Under the pieces are notes generated by a model. That model did no database searches. It saw nothing but the letters and a program-made list of their open reading frames with translations, and was not told the origin of the DNA. From Chara braunii (lineage: Eukaryota; Plantae; Charophyceae): a stretch of 56,089 nucleotides of DNA. Numbering within the stretch: the stretch's first letter is position 1; each line of letters opens with the position of its first letter. A program made the translations under genes and the position numbers. The stretch spans positions 1,349,035 to 1,405,123 of the forward strand of contig BFEA01000008.1 of assembly GCA_003427395.1 (NCBI GenBank). The letters run 5' to 3'. Positions 1-10,436 of the stretch are shown here, one piece after another.

Positions 1-72
<72 letters not shown>
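1..72. repeat. (TG)n/(AG)n compound microsatellite
   Basis: Directly visible. Similar GA/TG/TA tracts recur throughout the window (e.g. 12735, 15641, 36725, 43681, 55997). Confidence 0.95.
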
Positions 73-74
<2 letters not shown>

Positions 75-300
75 CAATCTAACCAACTGCGCGCCCCGTG
101 CCCTCCCCCCCACATGATAGCAGAATTGCGGATCTCCCGACATCTGAGAAAGAATATTTTTGGTTAGCGGGAGACAGGTATGCAAAGTGTGACACACACA
201 ACAGGTGAGTCCAAATCCGGACAATCACCAACCCAGCAAACCACAAGTGAAAGGATTGCAAACTGTGATCAGTGTTTGACAGGACAAAAAAGCAATATAT

Positions 301-370
301 TCGTTTGTTGTCCTCTTCTCTCTCTCTGCCTACGGTTTACCGGGCAGTTCTATTTGTGACGATATATATA
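301..370 (+). mobile_element. 5'-truncated copy of the (AT)n-tailed hammerhead-associated repeat
   Basis: tcgtttgttgtcctcttctctctctctgcctacggtttaccgggcagttctatttgtgacg+atatata is near-identical to 19373-19440 and 46662-46750. Confidence 0.8.
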
Positions 371-3119
371 TTTTGCTTTTATTCTTTGTTCCGCAAAGTG
401 CGCTCTTTTAGTTTGTAGTGATGTGACAATATATATGTATATATATACCCAAGGCTTACAAAGCAGCAGCAGCATTCCATCGGCAGTGTCAACAACAATG
501 CACTAGTGAGCCTAGTAACCACCCCGACCCCACCCAAACCCACACCCGACCAACAAACCCCTATCCACCCACAGGTAACCTTGTGACCAGAATATAATCA
601 TTCTGAATAATCTCAAGGCCGTCGCCCTTCAAACAAAATAAAAAATAAAAATAAAAAACGGAATATACCAGGTGCGAGGCCCAAGGCCTCGATCTGTCCT
701 ATCGGGCTCTATTTTCTGTACAGTCGGCCGCCCTAAGTGAAGGCAGGCTCGACCCAGGGCCTACAGGCCTACTTTGGGGGTCACTGCGCAACTGGGCAAT
801 TTCAGGCAGTTGCGCAGCGCCAGTTGGTTGAGAGCGCCCAGGCCCAGGCTGCCTTTTTCCGTATGTAACTGAGGCAGGCCCTGGGGTAGATACGCAACAT
901 GGACCGAACACAGGCCGAGGGCAGTTGGACATGGGCAACCACCAGAGGCGCAGGGCCTGATTCATTAGGACTGGGGCACAGCCTCTCTGGCCCTACCGGA
1001 AGCTTCTGGGGAGGGGCCCAGCGCAGCCAGGCTCCACGCAGCAGGCAGGCAATTTCCATTGAGGAAAGTGCCTGCCCACGCATTCCTCATTCGGGCACTG
1101 GCTGCATGCTGCGCAGGCGCTGCTGTGCTAGACGCTGGCCAGCGCTCACGCACTCACGGGCGAGCTGGATGAGCAGGCAGCCATAGCCGAGCTGCGCTGC
1201 TGTATGCTGGATGGGGCTCATGGTGGTCCTTGGGTGCACGTGGCATCTGTGAGTGGGGGTTCGAGGTTGTGAGCGATACGAGAGACATACCTGGTGCTTG
1301 AAGCGAACGGCATTGGCCGAGGTCTGCTCGTACTTCGGGGGAGCTGTTGACATCACCAGCGGCATTGTAGATTAGGCTAGATAGGATCTGCCATGAGTAG
1401 TCTGGGCGCAGAGCGCCAGATAGGATGTCGACATTGGTTCGTTGTTGATGATGATGAGACTATTCCAACATTGTCACTTATGAGCTTTTGCTGTGTTCTT
1501 ATTTAGTGGAACTCGTGTTGCAATTCTGCTTTCGGTTCGAGGTCACGACTATCTGGTCACATGTGTATGATGCTGCTTGGTTTCTGAAGTTTGCTATCGC
1601 TTATTTTCCTTGCACAGACAAAGGACTCCACCAAAAAAAAGAAAAAAAAGAAAAAAAAAAGAACGGCCATGCCCCACCACCCAAAGAATCAAGAAAGAGC
1701 TTTTTTGCTTTTGCTTCGGGCGTCATTTTGTTCTCATCCAGAACTTCGGTTTTGTTTTCCCTATTTTTCCCCGGGATTCATTTTGCTTCTGCTTTCACAG
1801 TTTTTGGTCAAGAATTCTGGGCGTGAAAATCGCCAGCATCACTGCGCACCCCAAGTTTCACGGCTGGTACGCATTCCAACACAACTTGTTTCCGTCGGGT
1901 AGTGGCGGTTGAAGTTGCAAATGAGAAGGGTTTGAACCCTCGAGGCTGGAATCTTCGACACTTGTTTCATTCTATACCCCACTTCCTTAAACCACCTCTG
2001 CATCCCAAAAGTCCGGGCCGATTCTTGCAGGTTGGCCGAACAAGTTATGGCCGCCGGATGATCAATCAACTTGCCAAGAGAGAAATGGTGAGACTCCCGG
2101 TACCCACGGTGCTCGTGGAAGACGGTGGCGGTTTATGAGGGGAAAAAAAAACATAGCGCTTTGGTCAACGCTGAGGTGCCCCGTTCTATTGGTGAGCGGT
2201 TGGGTATTGTGTGAAACACTTTTGAGTGTTTTTAGAGCCAGTGGCCTCTCTCTAAGGGTCAGGCTGCTGCTATGTTTATGCTTGTTAGGATGGCATGAAC
2301 CTAGCCGTTACTACAGCCGGCTTCGTGCTTTCGAAGTGAGGCCTGTCCATAACGGTACCGGCTTTTTTTCGTTAGAATCCAAGCAATTTATTAGTTTTTT
2401 TACATGTTGTTGAAACGAACAGACGGTTGTTCTCCAGTTGATTTAAGAAGCCGACTATTTGTCATCCATTCTCTCGTCTCTGTTTTGCAGATGGATTTCA
2501 TCATCGTGAGTCCCAATCTCTTCAGGGATATTCAGTTAGTGGGCATTGATCATTCTGTAAGTGTTTCGAACATTACTCGATCGGCTCTGGCCGCTTTGTT
2601 ATCCATCACTCTTCTAGATTTCACCTGAGATTTTGCAACTGGTGGAAGTTTTGATCTCTGGACCTTCTTGTACTGGGTAAAGAAAGGGAGCAGGGTGCTC
2701 TGATCATTGGTGCCAGGAGGTTTCTTGGAAATGGCTGGGGAGGGAGGTGAGAACCTGCTTAGCCCTGATGTCAATAACCGCTGTCCGGTCGAAAATCACT
2801 AGAATGGCTGTTGATCCTGGGTATACAAAGGTAGGACCTTGAGAGTAGGGATCCACTGGGATCATGATGACGAGCAACGGTGGGAGTGTGTCTCATTGGG
2901 GACCAGTTAGGCAATATACATCAGGGTGATCAAATGGTCAGGTGCTTTTGGCCTGCCATATGCCTAGTAGCCAGCCTCTGCAACAACCTGGACTAGGTCG
3001 AGGCGAGGGTAATCGTGTGAAAATGTGGGCAGAGGGCTCCGGTGTATCACATTATTTGATCACTCTTTTTGTCCCTTTGTTTTTATGTTCTTTTCTTGAC
3101 ATATTTCATGCAGCTTGTA

Positions 3120-3262
3120 TATGGGACGCTCGACCCGTTTTCCAGCAGCAGGTGATGCTCCCCACCAATAGACGGAGCCGCCCCCCCCAGGTGCTAGTGG
3201 TGTCTGCTCTTACCAGCATCACTAACACCGATGGGGACGCTCTTTGGAAAAAAAAAAAAAAA
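3120..3262 (+). mobile_element. LINE 3' end fragment with poly(A)
   Basis: Motif tttccagcag..gtgatgctccccaccaataga.ggagcc is shared with the 3' UTR of the LINE at 23430-23562 and ends in an A-tract. A reverse-strand relative lies at ~4000-4055. Confidence 0.55.
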
Positions 3263-3320
3263 AGTTATTTTCTCTTGGCTCATGTTTTCTTGGAGAGATA
3301 CCGCCCTTGACCTTCTCCTT

Positions 3321-3428
3321 CCGTCTTTCACCCGAATAGAAGGCCTGGTCATTATAGCTGTGTATTCGGGCCAACATTGAGTCTGGATACAGCCATAATG
3401 ACCGTACGTTGTATTCGGGTGAAGATGG
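3321..3428. mobile_element. ~105 bp palindromic MITE, Tc1/mariner-like
   Basis: TIR ccgtctttcacccgaatagaa / tattcgggtgaagatgg; homologous to 13117-13211 and 43459-43563. Confidence 0.7.
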
Positions 3429-3653
3429 TAGCAGCAGCACGTCGAACCCTTGACTTGCTGATAGATGATCGCGTGTGTGTCCAGAGCGATTTAGATAACA
3501 CCAGGGTAATGTGGCATGTTTTTCTTTTTTGGAGTTTTTACACTCGACTTTGGATCCAAGCTGATCTTTTGCTTTTTTTTTATGTGGTGTTGTCTGCGAC
3601 GGCTTGTTTTTTTGTTTTGGTGTTTTAAGATTTTTTTTTTTTTTTTTTCCCCT

Positions 3654-3703
3654 AAAAATTGGACCATTTCTCGATTTATGCGTGTCATCCGTGCGCAGGG
3701 GCC

Positions 3704-3735
<32 letters not shown>

Positions 3736-3753
3736 ACGGATGTCCCGAAGAAC
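3654..3753 (-). pseudogene. U6: Full-length U6 snRNA retrocopy with poly(A) and target-site duplication
   Basis: Minus strand reads GTTCTTCGGGACATCCGTTAAAATTGGAACGATACAGAGAAGATTAGCATGGCCCCTGCGCACGGATGACACGCATAAATCGAGAAATGGTCCAATTTTT (plant-type U6, ACAGAGA box). It is followed by an A-tract (T-run 3631-3648) and flanked by direct repeat ggtgttttaag at 3619-3629 and 3756-3766. Confidence 0.93.
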
Positions 3754-5262
3754 GAGGTGTTTTAAGTTTTAATACTCTCAACTTTCAAATTTCAGTCCAA
3801 GCTGATCCTTTGCCTTTTGATGTGGTTTTCTCTGCGACTTGCAGGTTAATAGTTCTGTTTCTAGCCATTATCCTGTCTTCGCCACATTTAATATTTCGCA
3901 ATGGCCAGTTCCTAGCGAGGACCCCCCGGAGTTCTCTGGTAAGACGCGGCAGAGCTGTCATTTCCTACCCATCTTTTTTTTTTTCGCTTTGCAAACAATT
4001 CTCTTTCTATCGGTGGGGAGTAGTACCTGCTGAAAAATCCAGGTCCAGCATCCCAGAATAAAGATTGATACCCACTCACAATCCTTCCCCACGTTACGGC
4101 CTGGGTTGTTAACAGCACGTGTTGGAACCCATGTCCAACTTCCTTTGGGGTTTCCCAGCATGTGCTGGACCCGGTTCCCTGGGCCGTAACGAACATGAAT
4201 AAAGATTTTTTTTTTTCCTTTCTTTTTTTTTTTTTTTTTTGAGATGTTCCAAATCTATTCGTCGGGAGCAACACGGCTAGAACCGGGCCCAGAGTCCCTT
4301 ATGAAAGTACAGAATCATGAAATACCGGGGACATCACCCGGTTTCGACTAAGAACACTATAGATTATGAATACCCACTCACAGCTCTCCTCCACATGACG
4401 GCCGGGTGAACCCTGAGGGCATTGATTGCTTCCGCAAGGAAGGATTTCCTACCATCATGCGCCACTCTTGTCAGGGCTTCCTGGCATGAAAAGCAATTAG
4501 AAATCTTCCACAGATTGATACCTGCTCACAACTCTCCCCTCCGCATTCCGGCCCGGCGAACCCTGACGGCATCGATTGCTTCCGCAAGGAAGGATTTCCT
4601 TAATTTTCCTGCCATCTTGACATCCCTCTTGTTCAGTCTTCCTTGCATGAAAAGGAAATAGAAATCTTCCCATCCTCAAATTAATATTTATTTATATTTA
4701 TTCATTACCACTTGGATGGAGTTCAAGACTTTCAGGACGAGTCGATGATGTTGCTTTCTCTGACGCGATGTGGAGTTGTCATTCATGTTTGGACTTCGAT
4801 CTTGAGTTTTCAAAATCTGAGCATCGATGTTGAGCTGCTGCCACCTGAAAGAGACCAGACTCTCCAGCGCTATGTCACGATTCGGGTTGAAGAACGGATT
4901 GTTTGTTGCATGCCAACTTAGCGTTGCACCCTTCCCTCCTGATCATGAAAAACTGAAAAAAACTTAAAAAAATGTACAGCCATTCCAGCCCCGTTCTGGA
5001 GTGTGCGAGGGAACCACTCAGCAGAAACTCAAATCACAAATGCCATGAACTCTCTTGACCGGCATTGATATCGCAACCACGCTAGCAGAGGCGGAAAGGA
5101 CAAAGAAGTGATCATGCCAGCTCAAGGAACAATCATTGAAGTCTCTCTCTGATGATGAAAATCCCCCTTCTCGCCTACCAACAATCGGTACAACAACAAC
5201 ACAGTTGGGGTATCTCTACCAGCTATTCTGCTCCATGGTACAACATCACAGTGTTCTATGCT

Positions 5263-5320
5263 GGTCCCACTGACGGTCCCACTGATGGTCCCACTGATGT
5301 CCCACTGATGGTCCCACTGA
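5263..5320. repeat. 12-bp tandem repeat (ggtcccactgat) x5
   Basis: Directly visible. Confidence 0.9.
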
Positions 5321-5605
5321 CTCGTGCTCTAAGAACATGTCATGCCTGAGCTCTACTTGGCACACGCCAAGAAAGTCCCTCGCCTACTCCTCCAGTTATA
5401 TAAAATCAGGTATATTTATTTATTTGTATAGTTATACTTATGTATATTTAATGATTGATATAGCCAATAAAAAAGTAAAGAATAACACTTTTTTTTTTTT
5501 TTTTTGGTACTTGCTAGATTCTCAAAATCACAGAAAGAGGTTTATATAATCTAAATTGTTTTCTTTAAAAAACAGAATAGAAATTGAAAGGATTTAATTT
5601 TGTGA

Positions 5606-5690
5606 GGGTTGCTAACTCAGTGGTAGAGTACTCTACTTTCAAGTGCGATTATGGGGTTAAATACATAATATGTAATAAATTTCTTTAACA
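5606..5690 (+). pseudogene. trnK: Plastid trnK-UUU 5' exon plus start of its group II intron (NUPT)
   Basis: 5606-5642 gggttgctaactcagtggtagagtactctactttcaa matches the 37-nt streptophyte plastid trnK exon 1 with substitutions, including in the anticodon. It is followed directly by the group II 5' motif GTGCG, with AT-rich plastid-like spacer upstream (~5395-5605). Confidence 0.85.
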
Positions 5691-6256
5691 TAGCGGAAAG
5701 GGATCTGGGTAAACGTCTAAGTGCGAAACGAGGCAAAATTCAGCTTGGAATCACTGACCAAACAGTAGATGATTGGGAAGAATCGGTGAGTGGAAAAGAC
5801 ACTCCCAGGCAACCGTCAGGCTGGAATTCTATATGGTAACCCCGAAGACTTGCGTAAGAGAATTCGAAGCACTTACTCTAGGAATTGGTTCGCGGGTCAT
5901 GAAAAAGTGTTGGTGAAACTTGCTAGAATAGAGGCTCCCATGTCCCAAGGGCCAAGACGCAAAACATACTTTTTTTTTTAGTACATAATTAGTGGAGTAC
6001 GAGATCCCGTCTCTTTTTTGCGTGGACTCGCTAAAGTCAGGCCTTCGGGTTCGCCCACTTCGTCTCCTGAGGTTGCCTGGAAGTCCACGGGGGAAACTGA
6101 TCGCTTGATCCAGTGAAACCCTGCCAAATAGGTAAGAGAACTCTTAAGCAAGTAGAGTTAGTGAGCCGTGTAATGGGCAACTATTTAAATTCGCACATCG
6201 GTTCAGAGGGCACTTCAGTAAGTCTGTGCAAATCAGATTGGAGTTTAGACCCTTAT
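5690..6256 (+). pseudogene. 3' part of a mitochondrial group II intron in nad3 (site equivalent to nad3i140), NUMT
   Basis: Domain V-like gagccgtgtaatgggcaactatt...cggttc at 6163-6204; intron ends ...ccttAT at 6256, immediately before the nad3 exon. The 5' boundary is approximate. Confidence 0.75.
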
Positions 6257-6335
6257 CCCTTTTGATGATGCCAGAAGTCGTTTTCATATACGATTTTATC
6301 ATTTTACCTTGTGTCTATTCTATTTCTTATTTTTG
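6257..6335 (+). pseudogene. nad3: nad3 exon fragment (NUMT)
   Basis: c cct ttt gat gat gcc aga agt cgt ttt cat ata cga ttt tat = [14 protein letters not shown], then a small duplication, then LVSILFLIF. Matches the Nad3 motif [23 protein letters not shown]. Confidence 0.88.
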
Positions 6336-6336
6336 G

Positions 6337-7100
6337 GGTGACCGTTTGAATCACCGTATGGAACTGCTCATTTGTTTGTCATGTGTTATATTATGAATTT
6401 TTGTTAGTTGAGGGAGAGCACTTGAAATAAACAATTTTGTATTTTGACTATAACCCTAGGTTACCAGATCGGACGTCCGGGACCCCCCTGACGGTCCGGG
6501 GTTGTCCGATCGGACAACTGGTCGGACGTCCTCCCCGGGCAGTCTGTCCGAGCCCTCAGAAAAATCTGAAAAAAAAGTATGTTATACAGAAAAATAAACT
6601 GAACAACTTTTGCCTTGGAATCATATCGAAATTCGCTGCCAATTTTAAAATAAAAAATAAAATAAAAATAAAAACCCTTTTTTTTTTACTTTTTTCGTGC
6701 TTTTAATTGCTAAAAATGGAGTTGTCCGGGCCCGGACGTCCGGGACTCCCCTGACTGTCGCCCAGGACGTCCGGCCAGGACGTCCTGCCATCGGACAACT
6801 GGTAGCCTAGCTACAACAGTATAACCACTTTTTTAAGAAGGTACTGAAGGTGATATTTCTTGCAGTACATTAGCCTTCCATAGAAAATATTCTTCTTGAA
6901 TTTGTCTATGTCGAATAAAGAATCTTGCGAATGTGATATTTCTTGCAGTACATTAGCCTTATAGAAAATATTCTTCTTGAATTTGGCTATGTCGAATAAA
7001 GAATCTTGCATTCTTATTGAATATTTTGAGTGAACGATTCTCCCATAAGAGATCCTAAAATAAGTGCTTTACATTGATCCGACAAAGATATTTGTTTTTA
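6337..7100 (-). pseudogene. Decayed LAGLIDADG homing endonuclease ORF of an organellar group I intron
   Basis: With one frameshift it reads LSDQCKALILGSLMG(D)RSLKIFNKNARFFIRHSQIQEEYFL(W)KANVLQEIS and, beyond the MITE, GYSQNTKLFISSALPQLTKIHNITH. This resembles LAGLIDADG_2-type intron ORFs. Contains an ~83 bp tandem duplication (6850-7010). Confidence 0.7.
6456..6810. mobile_element. 355-bp MITE of the CTAGGCTACCAG family inserted in the NUMT
   Basis: TIRs ctaggttaccag / ctggtagcctag, subterminal ggacgtcc repeats, degenerate 8-bp TSD ctataacc / ctacaaca. Confidence 0.8.
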
Positions 7101-7309
7101 TTTTTTTACGAGACAAATTGATTGTTGACGTACGTGTTAAAGCGGTTTCCATATCTTCTATTGACTTTTTTGTTATAGTCTCTAAGGGATCCTTTTGCTA
7201 ATATTTATCAAATCAACACAGGACTTCCCTTGGGATTGATTTGCACACTCTAATCTTGCGATTAGAGGGGACATCTTTGGCCATGTTTTGTTAGAGCTCT
7301 GTCGGATCT

Positions 7310-7530
7310 ATCTCATCATGTTTGCTCCCTTTGCTTTCGCACCTCAGCGCCAGTAGAGACCCAGAAAGCTGCCTTTGCTTTTGGTGTTCCTTCTAGAAAT
7401 TCCACTTTCCTCTATCTTACTCCAGTGAACATGTTTTGAAGGCATTCCACCAGTTGAGCTGGCGACTTTCACCACTTCACGCCTAATTCGCTGCCTACGT
7501 GCCCTTTACGCCTAGTCATTCCGAATAACT
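7310..7530 (-). pseudogene. rns: Mitochondrial SSU rRNA fragment (NUMT)
   Basis: Minus strand ttcggaatgactaggcgtaaagggcacgtaggc...gctgaggtgcgaaagcaagggagcaaacatgatgagat corresponds to E. coli 16S ~545-793. GGGCACGTAGGC is the plant mitochondrial variant. Internal deletion present. Confidence 0.88.
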
Positions 7531-7806
7531 TCTCATTGACCACGACCTATTGGAACAAGGCTATTCGGCGCTTTTAATCCTGCTTGCATTGGTTCATGCA
7601 CAGTTTTACGTGAAACCATCCTCGGAGCTTGGACTTCTACACGTCTTCGCTCTACAACGCCTAAAGCACCTTTTCCGTCAATAGGTACTCCTAACTCATC
7701 AACAACACGACCCAACATAGATCTTCGTACAGGAACATCTACAATAGATCCAGTACGTTTGACAATCGCTTCTTCTTCTTTAATGGCAGTATCACTACCA
7801 AAAAGC
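7531..7806 (-). pseudogene. atp1: atp1 exon fragment (NUMT)
   Basis: [45 protein letters not shown]...[21 protein letters not shown] matches the mitochondrial F1 alpha subunit; premature stop replaces the R of GQRE. Confidence 0.93.
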
Positions 7807-7945
7807 ATAGAACGCCCGCCCTCAGAAACCACACGTGACAGTTTCCCATCATGCAGCTCGGCCCCCAAAACCTTAGCCTTGTTTGTGGGCTCGGAAAGGG
7901 AAGCTGACAAAGAGCTTCACTTCGCGTCTTCCGACTCTTAATTGT
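7807..7945 (-). pseudogene. 3' end of a group II intron preceding the atp1 exon
   Basis: Minus strand gagctgcatgatgggaaactgtcacgtgtggtttc (domain V, ~7826-7859), short domain VI, ending ttctAT just before g|ctt ttt ggt. Confidence 0.75.
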
Positions 7946-7981
7946 CCGGAATCAATCTCACGTGAAGCTAGAGCATTGTTT

Positions 7982-8377
7982 TCAATTCAAAATGAAAGCT
8001 ATGCACATTGCATAATGATTTTTGATAAGTTTTGCTTCTAGTTTACCCAAGAAAGGGCGTAATTGCAAACTATAAGGAAAAAAAAACTGATGTAATTTGT
8101 CCGATAGTTACATAGGGTGCTTCCACAGGTTGACATCCAATCCAGCCTAAAGTAAACAATCTGCCTCAATTAATTAAAAACTTTTTTGATAAATGGGTCT
8201 AAAAGTTTGAATTTCATACATATGAAGTGTTAATAAAAGGTAAAGCAAATAGTGAAAAAAAGACAAGACCTATTGCAGCAACACCTCCTAATGTATTCGG
8301 TATACTACGAAGAATTGCATAAATAGGTAAAAAAAAAAAAAAAATGCCATTCTGGCACTATTTGAGCTGGAGTTGTA
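7982..8377 (-). pseudogene. cob: cob (apocytochrome b) 3' fragment (NUMT)
   Basis: TPAQIVPEWHF..LPIYAILRSIPNTLGGVAAIGLVF...FRPIYQKVF...[20 protein letters not shown]...LGKLEAKLIK with frameshifts and a homopolymer expansion. Confidence 0.9.
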
Positions 8378-9196
8378 AAATAAATAAATAAGCCAGAGTG
8401 GCCTTCGCGCCCTTNTTTGACTCATTCTGACCCGCACGCGTTATTTCTTATCTAAAAGTTCACTGAGAACGAGTTGCGTCAATTCTCATATATGAATCGT
8501 CCTTCGGCCTTAAATGTCAAATAAGAGAGGCCTTCGAGGATAAATGCGGGTGCTGCCTCCAGCAAGCAGTTTCGAAGTTCGGGTTCAGGCGCCCACTTCC
8601 TTCACTGGCCTTGAGTGTGCGACGGACTAACTCAAGTCCGTCGATTTAGGCTCCTTCCCATCTGCTGATTCACTTAGTTTTCTGTCTCATTCGACCTGAG
8701 TGCCCCAGTCCCAGGCTGTCCCAGTAGGGTAGGCCGTAGGGTCAGAAAGCTGAAACGCCGTAGGTCTGTAGATGTTGGTGTTGAAGCGTCGTGGGTCGGT
8801 AGAAGTCGTCCGGTACCCGACAAGAAAAGTCCAGTCCAGTCCAACGGTCCCAAGTCCAGAATTTTGCAGCATGTCCCAGGAAAGTCTGGAAGCTACCAGA
8901 CCGACAAAATGTTTGCAGCAGACTGGCCGCGGCCGGCCGGTACCGGTCTGAAGCAGGCCAAGCCAAACCGAATCTCATATTTAGCTGCTACGGTGCAGTG
9001 GCTCATCACTTGTTCAGTTGCGAGATGCGGAAGCACTGCTGCTCCTTGTGTGTTAAGGCAACTTGGGCACTGCGCGCCTGAAGAAGAAGCGTGTGCCCGC
9101 AAATTATTCCATACCTAGGTCTGGGGTAGCGTAGGAGGAGGGTGGCTATACCGGCCAAGGCGTACGCTTGCCTGAGTGGGTGTTGTATCCACGGTA

Positions 9197-9244
<48 letters not shown>

Positions 9245-9995
9245 NNNNNNNNNNNNNNNNNNNNNNNNNNNNNNNNNNNNNNNNNNNNNNNNNNNNNNNN
9301 NNNNNNNNNNNNNNNNNNNNNNNNNNNNNNNNNNNNNNNNNNNNNNNNNNNNNNNNNNNNNNNNNNNNNNNNNNNNNNNNNNNNNNNNNNNNNNNNNNNN
9401 NNNNNNNNNNNNNNNNNNNNNNNNNNNNNNNNNNNNNNNNNNNNNNNNNNNNNNNNNNNNNNNNNNNNNNNNNNNNNNNNNNNNNNNNNNNNNNNNNNNN
9501 NNNNNNNNNNNNNNNNNNNNNNNNNNNNNNNNNNNNNNNNNNNNNNNNNNNNNNNNNNNNNNNNNNNNNNNNNNNNNNNNNNNNNNNNNNNNNNNNNNNN
9601 NNNNNNNNNNNNNNNNNNNNNNNNNNNNNNNNNNNNNNNNNNNNNNNNNNNNNNNNNNNNNNNNNNNNNNNNNNNNNNNNNNNNNNNNNNNNNNNNNNNN
9701 NNNNNNNNNNNNNNNNNNNNNNNNNNNNNNNNNNNNNNNNNNNNNNNNNNNNNNNNNNNNNNNNNNNNNNNNNNNNNNNNNNNNNNNNNNNNNNNNNNNN
9801 NNNNNNNNNNNNNNNNNNNNNNNNNNNNNNNNNNNNNNNNNNNNNNNNNNNNNNNNNNNNNNNNNNNNNNNNNNNNNNNNNNNNNNNNNNNNNNNNNNNN
9901 NNNNNNNNNNNNNNNNNNNNNNNNNNNNNNNNNNNNNNNNNNNNNNNNNNNNNNNNNNNNNNNNNNNNNNNNNNNNNNNNNNNNNNNNNNNNNNN
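9245..9995. other. Assembly gap (N run)
   Basis: Directly visible. Confidence 0.99.
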
Positions 9996-10436
9996 GGGGT
10001 GTGTTTTGAAGGTCCAGTAGCTGATTCTCCTGCGGTGATTCATCAACGGACGTCTTATCAGAATCCAGGAAGTCAGAATACTTCTCCATCTCAAGAAACT
10101 AAGAAGCCTGGCGACAACCAGGAAAGTTCTCGAGGGTTGCTGGGATTTGATGGCAACAACATTCCATTTCTTGCTGCGAGTCTGGTCATATCTGGTTCTG
10201 TGTTGATTGCGGCGATGCTGGCATTGTTGAAAGGTCGGCATTATATTCGCACAAGGAAGGTGAAGAGGGCAGAAGAAGTGGAAGGTGCAGAGGGTGTGAA
10301 TGCTGGGGCATGGAGGGTACTCGATTCCCCAGCTCCCGCTGCCCCGTGGAGGCCAATCGATCGCTCGTTGCCCACAATTAAGTCGGGAGAACAGCTCGAT
10401 ATGGGTCTCTATACAGTAATAGAGGAGGATTTATAA
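9996..10436 (+). CDS. Possible terminal coding exon of an unidentified single-pass membrane protein (5' part lost in gap)
   Basis: Open frame from the gap edge: Ser/Pro/Gln-rich stalk, hydrophobic IPFLAASLVISGSVLIAAMLALL, basic stop-transfer KGRHYIRTRKVKR and an acidic tail. No family recognised. Confidence 0.4.
   Translation, partial: GVCFEGPVADSPAVIHQRTSYQNPGSQNTSPSQETKKPGDNQESSRGLLGFDGNNIPFLAASLVISGSVLIAAMLALLKGRHYIRTRKVKRAEEVEGAEGVNAGAWRVLDSPAPAAPWRPIDRSLPTIKSGEQLDMGLYTVIEEDL

Noticed and set aside
900-1440. C-terminal restriction-like endonuclease region of a CRE/R2-type retroelement on minus strand
   Set aside because: Only a vague resemblance; PD-(D/E)xK and CCHC motifs not identifiable.
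8340-8355. cob PEWH (CAT) as an unedited C-to-U editing site
   Set aside because: Single change in a heavily decayed NUMT beside a homopolymer expansion; cannot be told from mutation.
9006-10241. ORFs spanning N runs (also 46741-47618)
   Set aside because: Artefacts of translating gaps.
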